A DNA stretch of 64,000 nucleotides from Zygnema circumcarinatum SAG 698-1b (lineage: Eukaryota > Plantae > Zygnematophyceae). The stretch is taken from positions 4,144,689 to 4,208,688 of the forward strand of contig CM074809.1 of assembly GCA_037447605.1 (NCBI GenBank), in the 5' to 3' direction. The notes under the pieces are model-generated. The model worked only from the letters and a program-made list of their open reading frames with translations. It had not been told where the DNA came from and searched no databases. This document shows, piece by piece, positions 37,554-51,007 of the stretch (its first letter is position 1; each line of letters starts with the position of its first letter). A program made the translations under genes and the position numbers.

Positions 37554-40500
37554 ATGGCCTCCATCGAAGCCTTTTCAAGGCTACACCTTCGCCCACTTTC
37601 GCACACCCAAGAATGTTATGCATGGTGTAAGCAAAAGGTGATCATTGGGAGGGATCCACAACACGCAGACCTTGTCTTAAAAAGTGTCAAAAAAAGGGGG
37701 ATTTCCAAGAAACAGTGCAGTCTCGAACGTGGTTCCAATGACGAGTGTATCATTCAAAACTTAGGGAGGCAGTCTTGTGCGGTCGTTTATCTAAATGGAG
37801 TCACCGTGCCGGCATCGTGCTCGGTGCGGTTTCGCATTGGAAGCGAAATACAAGTGGGAGAATTTCAGTTTCGTGTGGAGGAGTGCCGTTGTGAAGGTGT
37901 AAGTGCCTCACTCATCATGTTGTGCGATGGATTTACGCATTCTTATATCTAAAAGCTCCTTTTTTTTAGTTGTAATCAGTTGAAACTACTAGGAACTTTA
38001 GAAATCATTTTCAATATGTGTAAAAAAAAGTTGTGAGTTACAAGTTGGTAAAACTAAGGCTCAAAGGCTTCAAGTTCTTACAAATAAGTAGAGTGAAAAC
38101 AGTATGCCCATCCGCTATGCAGGTAATGCTTTGATGGCAAATGTTGGAATAACGAGGTATCATGCTTTGAAGTTAAGCATGAGGGGGTTAGGAACTTTGT
38201 TTATTTATATATAAGGAAAGTTAGAAAGCTGAAGAGTTTTGCAATGAATTTGCACATGTCATTAGTTTAAAGCATTGCCTTTTAGATCAATGCCACTAAA
38301 CATGCAGCGCGCAGTAATGTTTGAGTCGAGCCGATTGCATGAAGGAAAGTAAACTTATCTGTGAGGATGAATACACTTGTGTCGGCATTAAAATATCTTA
38401 ATAATTTTTTTATTTTTTCATTATGTCAAATTACTTCAAAGCTATTACGTTTTGTAATACTTGTTTGACGTTAAAACAAATCACTTTCTAAATATGTTAA
38501 ATAATACTTTTTTAATTTGTTTTTAGTGTTGACAATGTTTGCAATACCCTAAGGGATATACAATAGAAGCTTGGCCTAATTGACTGCCCTTTTTTGTTCA
38601 ATCCATGTTTTTAGCATTTTGCATTAAACTCATTCTTTCTGTTTTGATTTCATTTTTATGGTGTGTTTTTTTGGAGGTTGCGGCAGGTTCACGAAGGCTC
38701 GTGGGGTGCTAAAGATGGTTTAGTCCCAATTTCAACCAGCGATTGTCCTCCCTCACCTTTATCGCAATTGTCTGCTGAGTTCACTACCAATAGTCGTGAA
38801 ACTAGCGGTATTGCGAACTTGGCTGAAATTGGTCCCCATTCTCCTCAAACACCCGAAACATATCCGATTAACAATAGGAATTCAAATGATTTGGAAACGC
38901 TCAAAGGAGAGATGTTTTCAAATGATCAACCTTTATGTGGCGAGTCAAAGGATGCTGAGTGCATGCAAATCGACAATGTCAAAAAGGTATATTCACATAT
39001 TCACTTTGCATTTGTTGATTTAAAGTGAACATATCGATTGCCGTGTGCGATGCGAAGCCAAGACAAACTCGAACTCGCTATGGACGATTGTGGCTCGCTC
39101 GGTGTTTCTGTTTACCTGCCGCTTGTACGCGAGAGCTTCACATCCCTCCTTCGCTCTGCTTGTGGATGCAGGACAGCCCGTCCTATGCAGCTGCTGCTTT
39201 TTGTGAAGGTTTATGTGAAACAAGGAAACCCACTTGTCCCTTGTTCACACTCAGTGTCTCGCGGAACCTTGACGCGCCCAATGGCATTCTAAGCAGTGTT
39301 TGTGCCAGAGAGGCAATCGTGAGGGAGCCAAAATGTAAGCTTTTGGAGTTTCCCGTCGAGAAAGGGTTCAAAATACGGGATGTAGCAAGCCGGCGATCTA
39401 GCGAGCAGTTGAAAAAACGTTTTTCAACTTTCGACGGACAAAAAGAGGAGGCTGGAGGTCCTATTGGAAAGGGGAAGAGACGGCGCAAGAGCATGAACCC
39501 TCAACGATGCGCAGCTTGGAGCGGGAACAAGCGTGTTAAGACTGTGGAAGGATTGGCGAAGGGGACAAGCAGCGAGAGCGAGGTAGCAAAGGGTGGAGTT
39601 TTAGCGACAGTTGAGTCGGAAGTTGTGTGTACGGAAGATACTCGGGAAGATGTGGATTTAAAGAACTTAAATTTGCTCTACCTGGAAGGAAGGGACGAAG
39701 GGATTAAGAATGTCAATGGAATGGAAATCGGGCTAGATGTAAGTGAATTGGAGAAAAATTCGGAGGGATCGTTTTTGAAGAGGCGGAGAGAGCCTCATTC
39801 TGAAGAAGGTGACATGAAGGCTGAACTGAAAACGAGCAGTGAGTTGAGAAGCGGCCTTGAAATAGCTGAATGTATGCCAACTACTGTCGAAACATTAGAC
39901 GGGGGAGGAGAGCATATGGAGCTTGAAGCAATCAAGCGTAATGGTTCGCTTGTGAACGTCGAAAGGGAAGAAAGTAGAAAAGAGGTTCCAAGTGGAGGGA
40001 CAGTTGGGAAGGGACCTGTGGAAACATCTGCTTGTGGATGGCAGGAGGGAGACGAAGGATTTGAAGCGCATAACATAGCAAGCCAGCATGGAGAAATGAA
40101 GATGCGAGAGACTGATGTTGGCTTGCAGAGGTGTGGAGACGAGAAGGGAGAAGAGGCCGGGAGTGGAGGAGAGGGAAAAGGGATAGAGTTCGAAAGAGTA
40201 TCGGAGGAGATGGGTGTGGGGCTTGACGAGAACGAGAAAAGAGATCAACGGCCCTTGGATGACGTTGAATCCATTGAACAAACAGAAGTAAGGGACAAGC
40301 TAGATAGCACTTCTTGCAAAATTTGTGGGAATTCAGAGTCAGAAGCAACAATGCTCTTATGCGATATTTGTAATTCGGGTTGGCATACGTCCTGTTTAAG
40401 GATGGGAAAAGTCCCCCCGAATATGTGGTTTTGTCCAGAGTGTGTCACGGTGGCAGCACAGAAGGAGGAGGAAGCTTGGAGGAGGTTAGAGACTTGGCAA

Positions 40501-43500
40501 AGGCGGCTGCCTTTGAAGTCTGCTCATCCCATAGACTTCAGATACTGTTTGGAAGGAGATAATGCCCCGTTTGGGGTTGGCGACAACGTGGAGACTTGCG
40601 ATTTCACAAAGGGCTACAGAGGGGCGTGGTTTAGCGCAGAGGTACACGGCAATTCCATTCACGCATTCTAAAGGCAGAAAAAGTTATTTCGAGGCCTTCC
40701 CTCTGACTGCTTTTGGACGTGAGTTTCTAAGGGTTTCATCCTCTGAGCAAGTGAGGGCAGAGAGGACCTGTTTGCAGGTTATGGGCATGGAGATCAAAGA
40801 GCCATACAACAGTCCCAGTCAGAGGGACGGGGCCAGACCTCTCTCCCTGCGGTACTTGCTTAAGTATCCGGACTACACGCAGGACTCCCAAGGTGAGTGT
40901 CCGATTATTACGCCATTGCACAGATAGACACGTCATTGGGTTACAAGCAGATTGGGCATTATTGCCTACAGAGTTTTTTGAGGATTCTTAATATTTAAAA
41001 GGCTTTGTCTCGGCTCTGCTTCTTTGCTGAGAGGCGCAGTGCTCAGTTTGGTATTCAGGTCTAGAGTTTCGTTCACTCTCAAAATGTTGTTCTAACGGAA
41101 ACCGGATATGGCTAAGTGGCTATGACATCTAGTTTGATCCAGGGTGGCTTTCTTCACACCACCGTCGATCAAAGACTAAATGTTTAACGTTGTTCCATCG
41201 CTTCTTGCCGGATTTTGCTTGTGCCATCAAGTAGAGGAACTTTCTGCTCCGCCGATCGCTGCTGCTCCTCAAGCAGAGGTTAAGGAGCCGGAGGTTAAGG
41301 AGCCGCTGACTTTATGGCTCGGCCTCTACCAGCAGCGGCGTAATGCAAAATCGAAGACTTGGGAGCTCATGATGAGACCAAGGCGCCTTTACCCGGACTC
41401 GCATAATGGGAGGGAGAGGCTTTATCAAACGAGGGAGGGTGTGAAAGAGGTGGTGGAGGTGGAGTGGCGGGGCTGGTGGGAAGTGGGAGACAGGGTGGAG
41501 TGGCCCGTGGATAGGGCCTGGTGGGTGTGCACCATCTCCGGCTTCAAGGACGAAGAGACAGCGTTGGTGCGTCTCCATTGGCCGCACACTCCTTCAAAAC
41601 CTTCAAGCATCAACCCTGTTATCCCTATAGAGCTTTAAGGTTCTAAAAACTGAAAAGTCGACGTTGCAAAGTTCCAAGTACACGAAGGCAAAAATATTGC
41701 TGGTCAATCTCCCTTATCCCTTGAAGTACATTTGAACCTGAAAATCCTTAAAACTGATAATCATCTCAAACAATTCTGATTCTTCAGAGTACTGTTTATG
41801 GTTCAGGTGGATTTGCTTCCTCATCCCTATGGTGAAGCCACCAAAAATCACGAGGCTCGTGTCGAAGACCTTCGAATTGCCCTTGTGTGGAATATGGGGG
41901 CTTGGGATCTTCCTCCTTCTGTGAGTCGATCTGCCTATGTTTTTTAGATTACTTTTGTAATTATTTAAGTTCTTATGCAGCTAAATTGTGGATTTCTCGT
42001 AGGCAATTCTTTTATGAATGCTAACGTTCAGGAATTTTCTAAGGAAAGGGTTTTGGTGAAAGTGGGGCAAGTTGCCTTTCAGTCTGTTTTGACTGATTTG
42101 ACTGGGTTCCTCCTTTACATTGTCAAGAGAATTGAGATATCTCGGTGTTGTTTGTGTCGTTTAGAGAAGTAGGGAGTTTGCTGTACGACTTTTCTTTCCT
42201 TCCTTTTGATGCAATTCACACATTCTCAGTCATCACGAGAATGTACATCATATTTTTTGAAGCACTCTCAATCGGATACACAGTACAGTTTCCTTTTCTT
42301 TGGGGTTCACTTGCTGTGTGGGATGCAGAAAGGAGAGTGTAGCAGCCCCGTGGGCAGGTTTGTGAAACCTTTGCATCAGTTTATTAATGGCCTGCCACCA
42401 AGTATGGGTTTCGGAGGGGAGGAGAAGAAGTTTGGAGTAGGGAAGGAGGGGAAGTCAGATGGAGAGGGATGCTTGGATGTATGTGATGGCGGAAGATTAG
42501 AAGAGCTTGAGAAAATTGAGGAAGAGATGGGAGAGTTATCAGAGCTAGAGATGGGCACCTTCTTGGAGAACGTGCGCAACCTGCAGGAGAAGGTCAACAG
42601 GTTGGCCTATGACTTGGAGAACAAGGTAATCTAAGTCCATTTTTCGATAAACTACTTAGCAGCCCATGTATTTTTTTATACAAGGAGAAATGCTGGGGTT
42701 GATTTGTAATTCGAAGTGGAATCTTAGGCGGGTGAAATGCATTAGAGGGAATCTGAAGTGTGAATGCCTGGAATGTAGCTGCTACTTCGTTCGAATAAAG
42801 TGGCGAGGGATGTTTCGCCTTTGGTGGTACAGGAAAACACTTCGAACTCGCGATTGTTCAGGTTGGAAGAAGACCTCGTTGTCTCCACTGGAAACATAAA
42901 ATGTTCACACGGTACTGATTCATTGAGTGGCGATGCCATATCGACAGATTCTGCACGTGTGTCTGCTGCAATGGAGGAATTGGACAAGGAAAGGCAAGAA
43001 CGTAGAGATGGCGGAGGGACGGAAGAGAGGCAGCTGCAGCGAAATAGTGATTTGAAAAAGCCTGATCGGGAGGATAGCAGGGAGGATAGAGAAGTACCTA
43101 CTTTCTCAGTGGAAGAGCTGAAAGGGAAGGGAGAGGAGGAGAGGGAGAAGCAGTTGTTGGAAGGAGAAGAAGTGGCCACTTTCGTGGCGGAGAGAGCTCC
43201 GGTCGGAGCAGACGAACCCTGTGAAGGACAGAATCCCCGTGAAGGGCAGAGCTCAAAGTATCACGGAGTTCAGATGGGGTCGGATGGGAAGTGGAGTGTG
43301 AGGCTGAGATGGTCGGAAAATGGCTGGAGAAAAAAGTTTGCGATGCAAGATCTTGAGACAGAGGAAGCGGCTGCATTGGCATATGATCGGAAAGCTCTTG
43401 ATGTTGGGCTGAAGACAAAGCTTAACTTTCCTGACCAGTGGGGAATCGATGAGGAGTGGACAAGAGAAAGCGACCAAGTCAAGGACTTCGTCCTGCTGCT

Positions 43501-44557
43501 TCTAGATGAGGTGGAGGGGGAGGTGGCAGGACAGCTGGAGAATGAAGGCGGTGATGCTTGCGAGAGATTGAGGAGAATGTTCGCGCTACTGTCTGCTGGG
43601 CGAGTCCTTTCCTCGGCTTCGGATGAGAGGGGAGAACGAGAGTGTGGTGAAGGAGAACCCGAAATGACTGCCCAGCGGACAGGTGGGACGGATGGTTCCT
43701 TGAATGAGGAGAGGGCGAGAGACTTCAGCGATGCTTCGGCTGATGCTGGTAGTCCAGAAGAAGGAGAATGGGATGATGGAGTAGTTGATCCAGCAATAGG
43801 AGAAGGGTGTCGGAAAAATGCTTGGGGAACATGGGTTGCATTTGGGCCTGGTGGTGCGATGTTGGGAGAGCGTCGATCGGAAGAAGAGGCGATGGAACTC
43901 TTGATGTTGGCAAAGACGCAATCCTCTCACAAAAGTGGGAGAGGGGGGAGTGTGAAATGCCTCCAAGTTGGGCCAAAAGGTACAAAATTTCGTGGAGTTT
44001 TTCAAAAAGCGAATCATACATGGCGTTCCGCGATAAAGTTTCAGTCTAAGAGTGTTTATCTGGGCTCGTTTCAAGATGAGAAAGACGCAGCAAGGGCGTT
44101 TGATATTGCAGCAAGACACATACAGGCTCAACCAATTCTAAATTTTCCCCATGAAGAGGAAGATAGGGATAGACCCTTATACAGGCTTGTTCTGGAGAAG
44201 TTAAATCAGGCGGAACGCTTGAAAGACAAGGATGGTATGGCTGTCAAAGGGATTCGAAAGCGGAGAGGAGTTTTGGCGGCCGGATGTAAACAATTGGGGA
44301 ATCATCACATGGAGGGCAGTTTGGAGAGATATGGGGAAGGAGGACTTGAGCAGAGAGAGCAGGACAATGACAAAAGACTAAGGAGCCAAGGGTGGACGGG
44401 AGAATTGGAGGGACGAGAAGTCCATGGAGACAAGGGAGGAGGAGAGTGTGGGAGAGAGAGTTGCTTACAGGATGCGTTTCAGACAGACTGCGAAATTGCA
44501 GAAAGGTCTCAGGAACGAGTTGCAAGAGAGGAGCCGACAAACCGGAGATGTTCATAG
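37554..44557 (+). CDS. Multidomain nuclear protein, 1566 aa: FHA - PHD - Agenet/Tudor x2 - AP2 x2
   Basis: Eight phase-consistent exons 37554-37898, 38687-38986, 39172-40641, 40778-40892, 41232-41566, 41807-41920, 42329-42625, 42833-44557 (4701 nt). FHA: IIGRDPQHADL..ISKKQC..LNG. PHD C4HC3: CKICG..LLCDICNSGWHTSCL..WFCPEC. Agenet: FGVGDNVE..GYRGAWFSAEV and WEVGDRVEW..WW..LRIALVW. AP2: SKYHGV..EEAAALAYDRKA..LNFP and TKFRGV..YLGSFQDEKDAARAFDIAA..LNFP. Confidence 0.85.
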
Positions 44558-46068
44558 TGTTGTTCCCAACTTTGGAGGTATAGTACCAGACAAAACCCTA
44601 AAGGCCCAAGTGAACTTATCTTTCGAGGTGTGTCTGGTATGCTGATATGTTCCTATGAAAAGTAGTTGTCTCAGCAGATGAGCAGTTTTCCGTTTGCCGA
44701 AACCACCACATTGCTCTAGTTATGTTTGACATAATGATAACGACTCTCCTACTTGAAGGAACTACAAAAGTGAGAGCTCATTTTGAACAGATTGTCCCTG
44801 TTTTCAACTCTGTATCTTGTCGACATTCTTTGAGACCTTTAAAGCAAGCTTCATTGACATCAGGCCTCCAAAATGGACAGGTGTCACCTCTTCTTTTGGC
44901 CTACATTCTCAACAGCCTTTCCCCCAGATCGAACCTGTTGGTGTACTGGCATTCCCCCGCACAGCTCCTGTGCATCCGATACGTCCCTTATTTGTTGGCC
45001 CTGCCCAAGCCCTTCCGTCTTTTGATTTGCCACCTTCATTTGGAGAGTCTTCATTGACTCGATTTCTTTTTTCTCTGTCACTTCACCTCCAACAGCCGGC
45101 ATCATGTCCTCCTCCTCATCTAGGCGGTCCAGTTTTCCCTTCACCTGACATCCCTTACGTCACCTGCCAGGCACCTCAGTCTCAGGGTATATTGCAGGAA
45201 CTTCTTGGACCACCTCCATGGCAGCAGCCGAACTTCCTCCCAGCAGAATGGCAAAGCCCTTTATCCATCAGCGTGACCTACCTTCAGATGTGGCTTAATG
45301 AGATGCCTTTCAGACTTCAAGAATGTTTGAATCTGCTCTCTGGCTTAGATGTGGACATTCAAGGGCGTCCAGTAGGAATGGCAGCTCTTTTCAGGGCCAA
45401 GAATTTCCCATCAGCTTGAGGTCCTCATCTCATTTGAGAGCCCTGACCTGCTGTCGACTCATTGCTACATCTTCTTTCAGCAGCCTCTCATATTTTAGAC
45501 CATACTTTGCGAGGGCCGCGAAGGGAGATGATGGCTGCTGTGCGATTTTTGCAACGGAGAAAAAGTGAACGTGAACAACCCGGCCAGAAGCAATAAAGTC
45601 GCTGCCCGAGCTGTCGAGCAGTGAGTTCTTTCCCGTCGTTTTCATTCTTTGCTCTCCACAATACCTTTTGCTCTCCACAATACCGAATTTGAAGTGCCCG
45701 TCTTCAATCCCTCTCTCTCTAACCCTCTCTAACCCTCTCCAACCTCTCTCCTCCCGCTTTCTTGTCTCCTCTTCCAATCAAATTCATTTCACTTCCCCAC
45801 TGTTGTTCTGCCTCATCCTGGTTCGCTTTCGTAGTCTGCCTCCTCCTCTCCCCTCTTCGGTTCTCCCACAGCACATTGTCAGACGAAGCTCCAAAACAGC
45901 CGCCAAACCAGGGCTGCCAGTGGCGCTGTTGCTATATTGAACGGTCACAGATTAAGCTAGTGAAGTTTTATTGCTAGCTTTTGCTGTGACCACTGCTTAT
46001 TTTTTTACTCAACAGTTGCAGGTGGGCGTCATGCTATGTGAGAGCTGCCGTGTATTCAAGTGCCTCAC

Positions 46069-46349
46069 ATTTGCGGATGCCATCGAGGATGTCCAATGAT
46101 GTACCTGTTCTTGTAAGGGGCAATGTTCCCAACAAAGCAGCAGCATAGGTAGGACTCACCGGGTCCCTCGCCGATATTCAACATAGAAAATATCAGGAAT
46201 GCTTCCTTGCCTTCTCTTCATACCAATTGGAGACGTCCTAGTTTGAACTGTTGTGAATTAAGGCCCGGTCCATCTCACTCACTTCACTCACTGCCATATT
46301 TGCAATCTGAATCAAAGGAAAGCTCTCAAGTGCACACACTGAAAGATAA
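46069..46349 (-). CDS. Three candidate internal exons of an unidentified minus-strand gene
   Basis: 46349-46292, 46215-46160 and 46104-46069 have strong donors (gtgagt, gtgagt, gtgagg) and consistent phases, giving YLSVCALESFPLIQIANMARRQGSIPDIFYVEYRRGTRYIIGHPRWHPQ. No homology recognised. Confidence 0.35.
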
Positions 46350-47081
46350 CTGAATTCAAACGAGCAAGACACCGTAAGGAAAAGTAAGGAGAAAGCACCC
46401 CGGCCTCAAAACTCCTTAATAAAGAAAGGAAGTAACAAGCACAAGTTTCAGCCCTCAAGCTTCTACTTCAGCTCTGACTAACTCCCGACCTCCTGCTGCC
46501 CATACAGTCAGGCAACTACACTTAGCAACACGAGCTAAGTTGTAGCTGTATTAAGATGACTATCACCTAAGCCTAACTCTACTTAAGTACTAAGCGTTGC
46601 ACTATTCCTCCACGTTCTAATGCGTGTCGTGTCTCGTCATTGCGCTGCACCGTACGCCGCCGCGTTCCACCGCGCACCTCCATGTCGCTGGCGACGCTCC
46701 ACGTCTCCAAGCGCTCGCCTCTCTCCTCGCGGTAACTCCTCCTCAGGTCGCCATGGCCAGGAGGGGGAGTGTCCGTACAGACAGCTCCTCCTCCGACTTG
46801 CCTTCCTTCGAGATGCTTGTAGCACAAGATAAGTGGGGTTAAGGGGAGACTGCTGAGCTAGTTGCAGGTGCTGCACAGCCACCCGCGCGTCCGTGCTGAA
46901 ACTGATGAGGGGTTGGGTTGGTGCTGTGGGTCTGCCTGCAGCATAGAGCCAGGATCCGGGGGATTCAGAGGTACGCGCAGCGGAAGACGNNNNNNNNNNG
47001 GGGATAGTCATTACAATGAAAGGATCTTCTCACTGAAATCTTTGTCTAGCTGGGCTGAATGGGACGTCTAAATGCTATCAG

Positions 47082-47577
47082 CAAGAAGACTCTTTCTCTC
47101 TCTCTCTCTCTATCTATGGCATGGAACTCTCTCTCTCTCTCACAATTAGCATCTGTTGCTGGAACTGAAGAGGAAGAAGAGAAGAACAAGACCACAAACC
47201 ACACAGCAAATACAAGTACTAAGCCCAGCACTAAAAGACAAACAAGCATCACTGACATCCCATCTACTTAACACCGACAATAGATCTTGAGCCTTAGCAG
47301 TGACAGTCTGATTGGCCAACTGCCCACTGAGAGGCCTGACTGACTACGTGAGGCCTTTTGATAGGTCAACCGCTGACAATCGGCGGCGTTTTGCGGCGCT
47401 TTCGAGTGCGCCTAGCTGGATGGTGTGCTGTCCCGTGGGCCGCCAACACATGGCGCCGCCTTCTCGCATTTTTCGTCGGCAATTCCTGGATCAGGCCGGT
47501 CCGTGACACTGAATAGGAATATGGCAAGTACAACTGAACGGACGCGGATCCGTCGAGCGCAGCTCCGTTACGCTACA
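47082..47577 (-). repeat. LTR-like direct repeat, left copy (probably extends to the gap at 46999)
   Basis: Matches 63011-63506 over 496 bp with 4 transitions by my count. Begins TGTAGCG on the minus strand. Confidence 0.85.
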
Positions 47578-50500
47578 TCTGTAGCACATGCCGGGGGGGG
47601 AAACAAGCGCACGCCCCTGCGGGCGCAATGAAGAAGAGACAAAGGGCAGGGGAGGAGCCAATGATGACGTGGACGGGAGGCGAGTCGGTGGCCGTGTGGA
47701 GAAGGTTCCTCGTACATTCGGCAATGGGGAGTATCGGCAGGACCGGAGGTGGAGGAGGGAGTAAGACAAATTCAAAATCGAAAGGTACGGCCGACAGGCG
47801 CAATGTTGGCGAAGCGGCAAAAAGTGGCGGGAATTAGGAACGGACCAATGAGGAGTCGTCATGGCAGGGGGGGTACGAGGAGACCGCGCTGTCGGTCGCA
47901 AACGCTCAGCCATCGCGGGGGGGAGGAACCGCTGACGTGGCGGCACGAATGTCGATCCAGTGTGAACGCCAGCGCCGGGCGTTTCCACTAGAGTCAGGGC
48001 CTTCCGAAAGGATGGCCCAACCTGGGATCTCCGACGGACCGACACAAATGAAGGGGCCCAACCACGGAAAAGCCCGTTGAGTCGGTTTGGCGAGATTCCT
48101 GAGCCAAATGAGCTGACGTGGCGCGACCTGATTGGGCGGGAGAGCAGCGCGTCGGCGCCTCCCAAAGTCAGTGAGTTGTCGTCTGTGCGCGCGTTTGAGG
48201 TGGTGAGAGGCCATGGAATCTAGGGTTTGGAAGCGTAGGGCCAGGAGCTGAAGCTGCGCTACCCGATCCGGGGGAGGCGCATCATCGTAGAAGAGGGGCT
48301 CAGCAGAGAGGAGGTCAAGGGGAATGCGGGGCTTACGGCCATAGAGGAGCTCGTAGGGAGAGAAGCCAGTGGAGGAGTGAACAGATGTAATGGAAGTCCA
48401 GGAAACTGGTCTGGCGGGTCAGCGAGGAGTCGTGGGAGGTAGAGGGGAAGAGAGAGAGAGAAGCCGGTTTCCGGATTGAATGCCGTTGCATTCGCCCCCG
48501 CCCCTATACGCTTCCCCCGTCGAACCCTCTACCAGCATGAGGGACCGGAAGTAGGGCCTTACCATCGCGAAGTCGCTGGTTAGGAAGCCCGCGGGCGGTC
48601 GCCACGCGTCGGCCGCCGCCCGAGCCGCCGCGCGAGGTTCGGGCGGCTGCCAAGAGCAGTATTTACGCGCTGCGATACGACGCTGCTGTGAGGCGGCTAC
48701 ACGCGATCACACCACAAGTACAAGGGCGCCGCCGGAAAGGCGGCGCTAAAGGCCCTCAGACGCCGTCCTGGGGTGATAAGCCGAAATCCTCGCAGTCCGA
48801 TCTCCGACCGACTGACAAATGGTAATGACAAAACCGCAGGCGAGATTCTCGCGGGTGCGCCAGAAGCGCCTCGTGGCTGTAGCGCCACATTGCTCCCCCC
48901 CAAAAGATTGTGACGCCCCTCGCCACGGGAGAAGACTAAAACTGGCAGCCCCGCCAGCTTCAACGGGTTTCCTACCGGGTCAAGGGGTGAGGTCCGAGGG
49001 CTCGGGCACAACCCCCGGCCAAGTCCTTTCCGAAGTTGCGCCGCTGACCGCGCTGGACGCCCCGCAGTCCGCGGCTCCGGCCACCAGCGCGCTTGCGCCT
49101 CCCCAATATAAGTTCACGCAGCTCTGGTACGGGTCAAATTGCCGCCTTTTCTCCCACGTCGCATATGTTCAACCTATAGCCCGTACCACTTCATTTGGTG
49201 ATATTCGCGGGCGGAGGTCTGACCCCTTTCACGTCCGGTGGGTTCGAATGGACTCCCACCGCATCGGTCAGCCTTCAATATCCACCGGGGTGGAAAAGCT
49301 GGATTCCCTCCCCGGCCACTCGCGGCAATGTTTTAGCGCACTACATGAAACACCGGATGTGGTCTTCATGTGAGCCGGTAAAGCCAGCTTGTAAGCGACT
49401 TCGCCAATGCGGCTCAAGACCTTGAATGGCCCGATGAACCGTGGCCATAACTTACGGGTTCCCCCCGTAAGCCTCGGGCTCAGTTCGCTGTATCTTCAAA
49501 GAGCACGCCCTCCCAGGCCGAACGGAGTCGAAGTCCGCTTATGATCAGCATAGGTCTTCTCGTCGGACCGCCGCGCCACTCGCCTTTAAAAATGCCGCAC
49601 CGACATTGGCGAGTCGAACAAAGATCTAACGGGCGGGTGGGTGATCCCCCCCAGCTCCTCTCAAGCCCCAAGGGTCATCGTCCGGGTGGAGGCCTTCATT
49701 CCACGAGGACGGTGGCTGATCCCTTGGCTGCAGGGGATTTAGAGGATGCTGACCATAATTCAGAAAGAAGGGGGTCGTACCGATTGATTCCTGATGAGCA
49801 TTGTTGATGGCGTACTCCGCCAATGGGAGCAAGGTATCCCACTCATCCGGCGTGGGTCCCACGTAATGCCGCAAGAAATCTTCCACAATGCGGTTGACCC
49901 TCTCCGTCTGGCCGTCAGTTTGCGGATGGAAAGCTGTGCTGAGCGCTTGCTTGGTGCCCACGATTTTCAGAATTTCAGTCCAAAAGTGACCGGTAAATCG
50001 GGGATCCCTGTCAGAAACAATGGTGGACTGAAAACCATGCAAGCTCCACACCTTGTCGACGTAGAGTCGCGCCACCTCTTCCGCCCCAGCGGACTTCCGA
50101 GTAGGTGCAAAGTGCACCATTTTGCTGAGACGGTCGACAAACACCATAATAGCATCGTGACCCCGTGGGGTTTCTGGTAAATCTGTGATTAGATCCATAC
50201 CGATGCTCTCCCACTTACGGAAAGGGGGAGTGAGTGGTTGAAGCTGGCCAGGAATCCTGCCAGTGCGGGGCTTATTACGTTGACAGGTTGGACAGGCCAG
50301 CACATATGCCGACACATCCGGGGCCGTGAGTCCCAGCCGCCACCAAAAACTCATCACTATACCGAGGTTTTGGCAACACCCATGCGGCCCCTATAAGGGG
50401 AGGATCGTGCATCTACCTTGTGCAAAATGAGCTTCCTGCCGCCGTGACAGTGCCACACATCACTTGGGAATCCACTTTCAATTGCGGTCGCGTACCAAAA

Positions 50501-51007
50501 CCCGCTCAGGCCAGCACTTTGTCCTTATAGGCCACTACCTCGGCCGCCCAAGAACATAGGATCATCAAAGATAACCCTCCCCAATCGCTCAAGATCGAGA
50601 GGGTAGGGGGTCGACCGTGGCCGGGTTGGGGTATCTATGGCTAAACACGTTGGGAAGGGAGAAGGTGAGTTGGCCGGCCCACCTTCTCGACCGCTTTGTT
50701 CCTCCAACACTCGCCTCGACGGTTTTCACCATCCAGCAAAGATGACCGACTGTTCGCTAACGGACGTGGCAACATTCAACCTTCCCCGCCGAGTATACCC
50801 ATTTGCTCAAATCTCCGGAGGGGAACTCGACCAACCTGGCCTCGCCTAGATAGTGTCTCTGCTGGGAGGGGAGAGGAAGGTCAAGGGCCGGTGGTCTGTG
50901 ACCAGCGTGACGGCTTCCGCCCCCTCCAAATAGCAACGCCATGTCCTCAAGGCGTGAACAACTGCGAGCAGTTCCTGCTCGGTTGCCGAGTAGTTTCGTT
51001 CAGCTGG

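Noticed and set aside
44817-45419. 200-aa P/Q-rich plus-strand ORF as an extra exon of the AP2 gene
   Set aside because: The preceding exon ends in an in-frame stop and I found no convincing donor; unresolved without transcripts.
48520-48569. Weak tRNA-like A/B boxes in the A1 LTR (GATGGTAAGGC..GGGTTCGA)
   Set aside because: No clear stems, and the B box is not conserved in the other A1 LTR.
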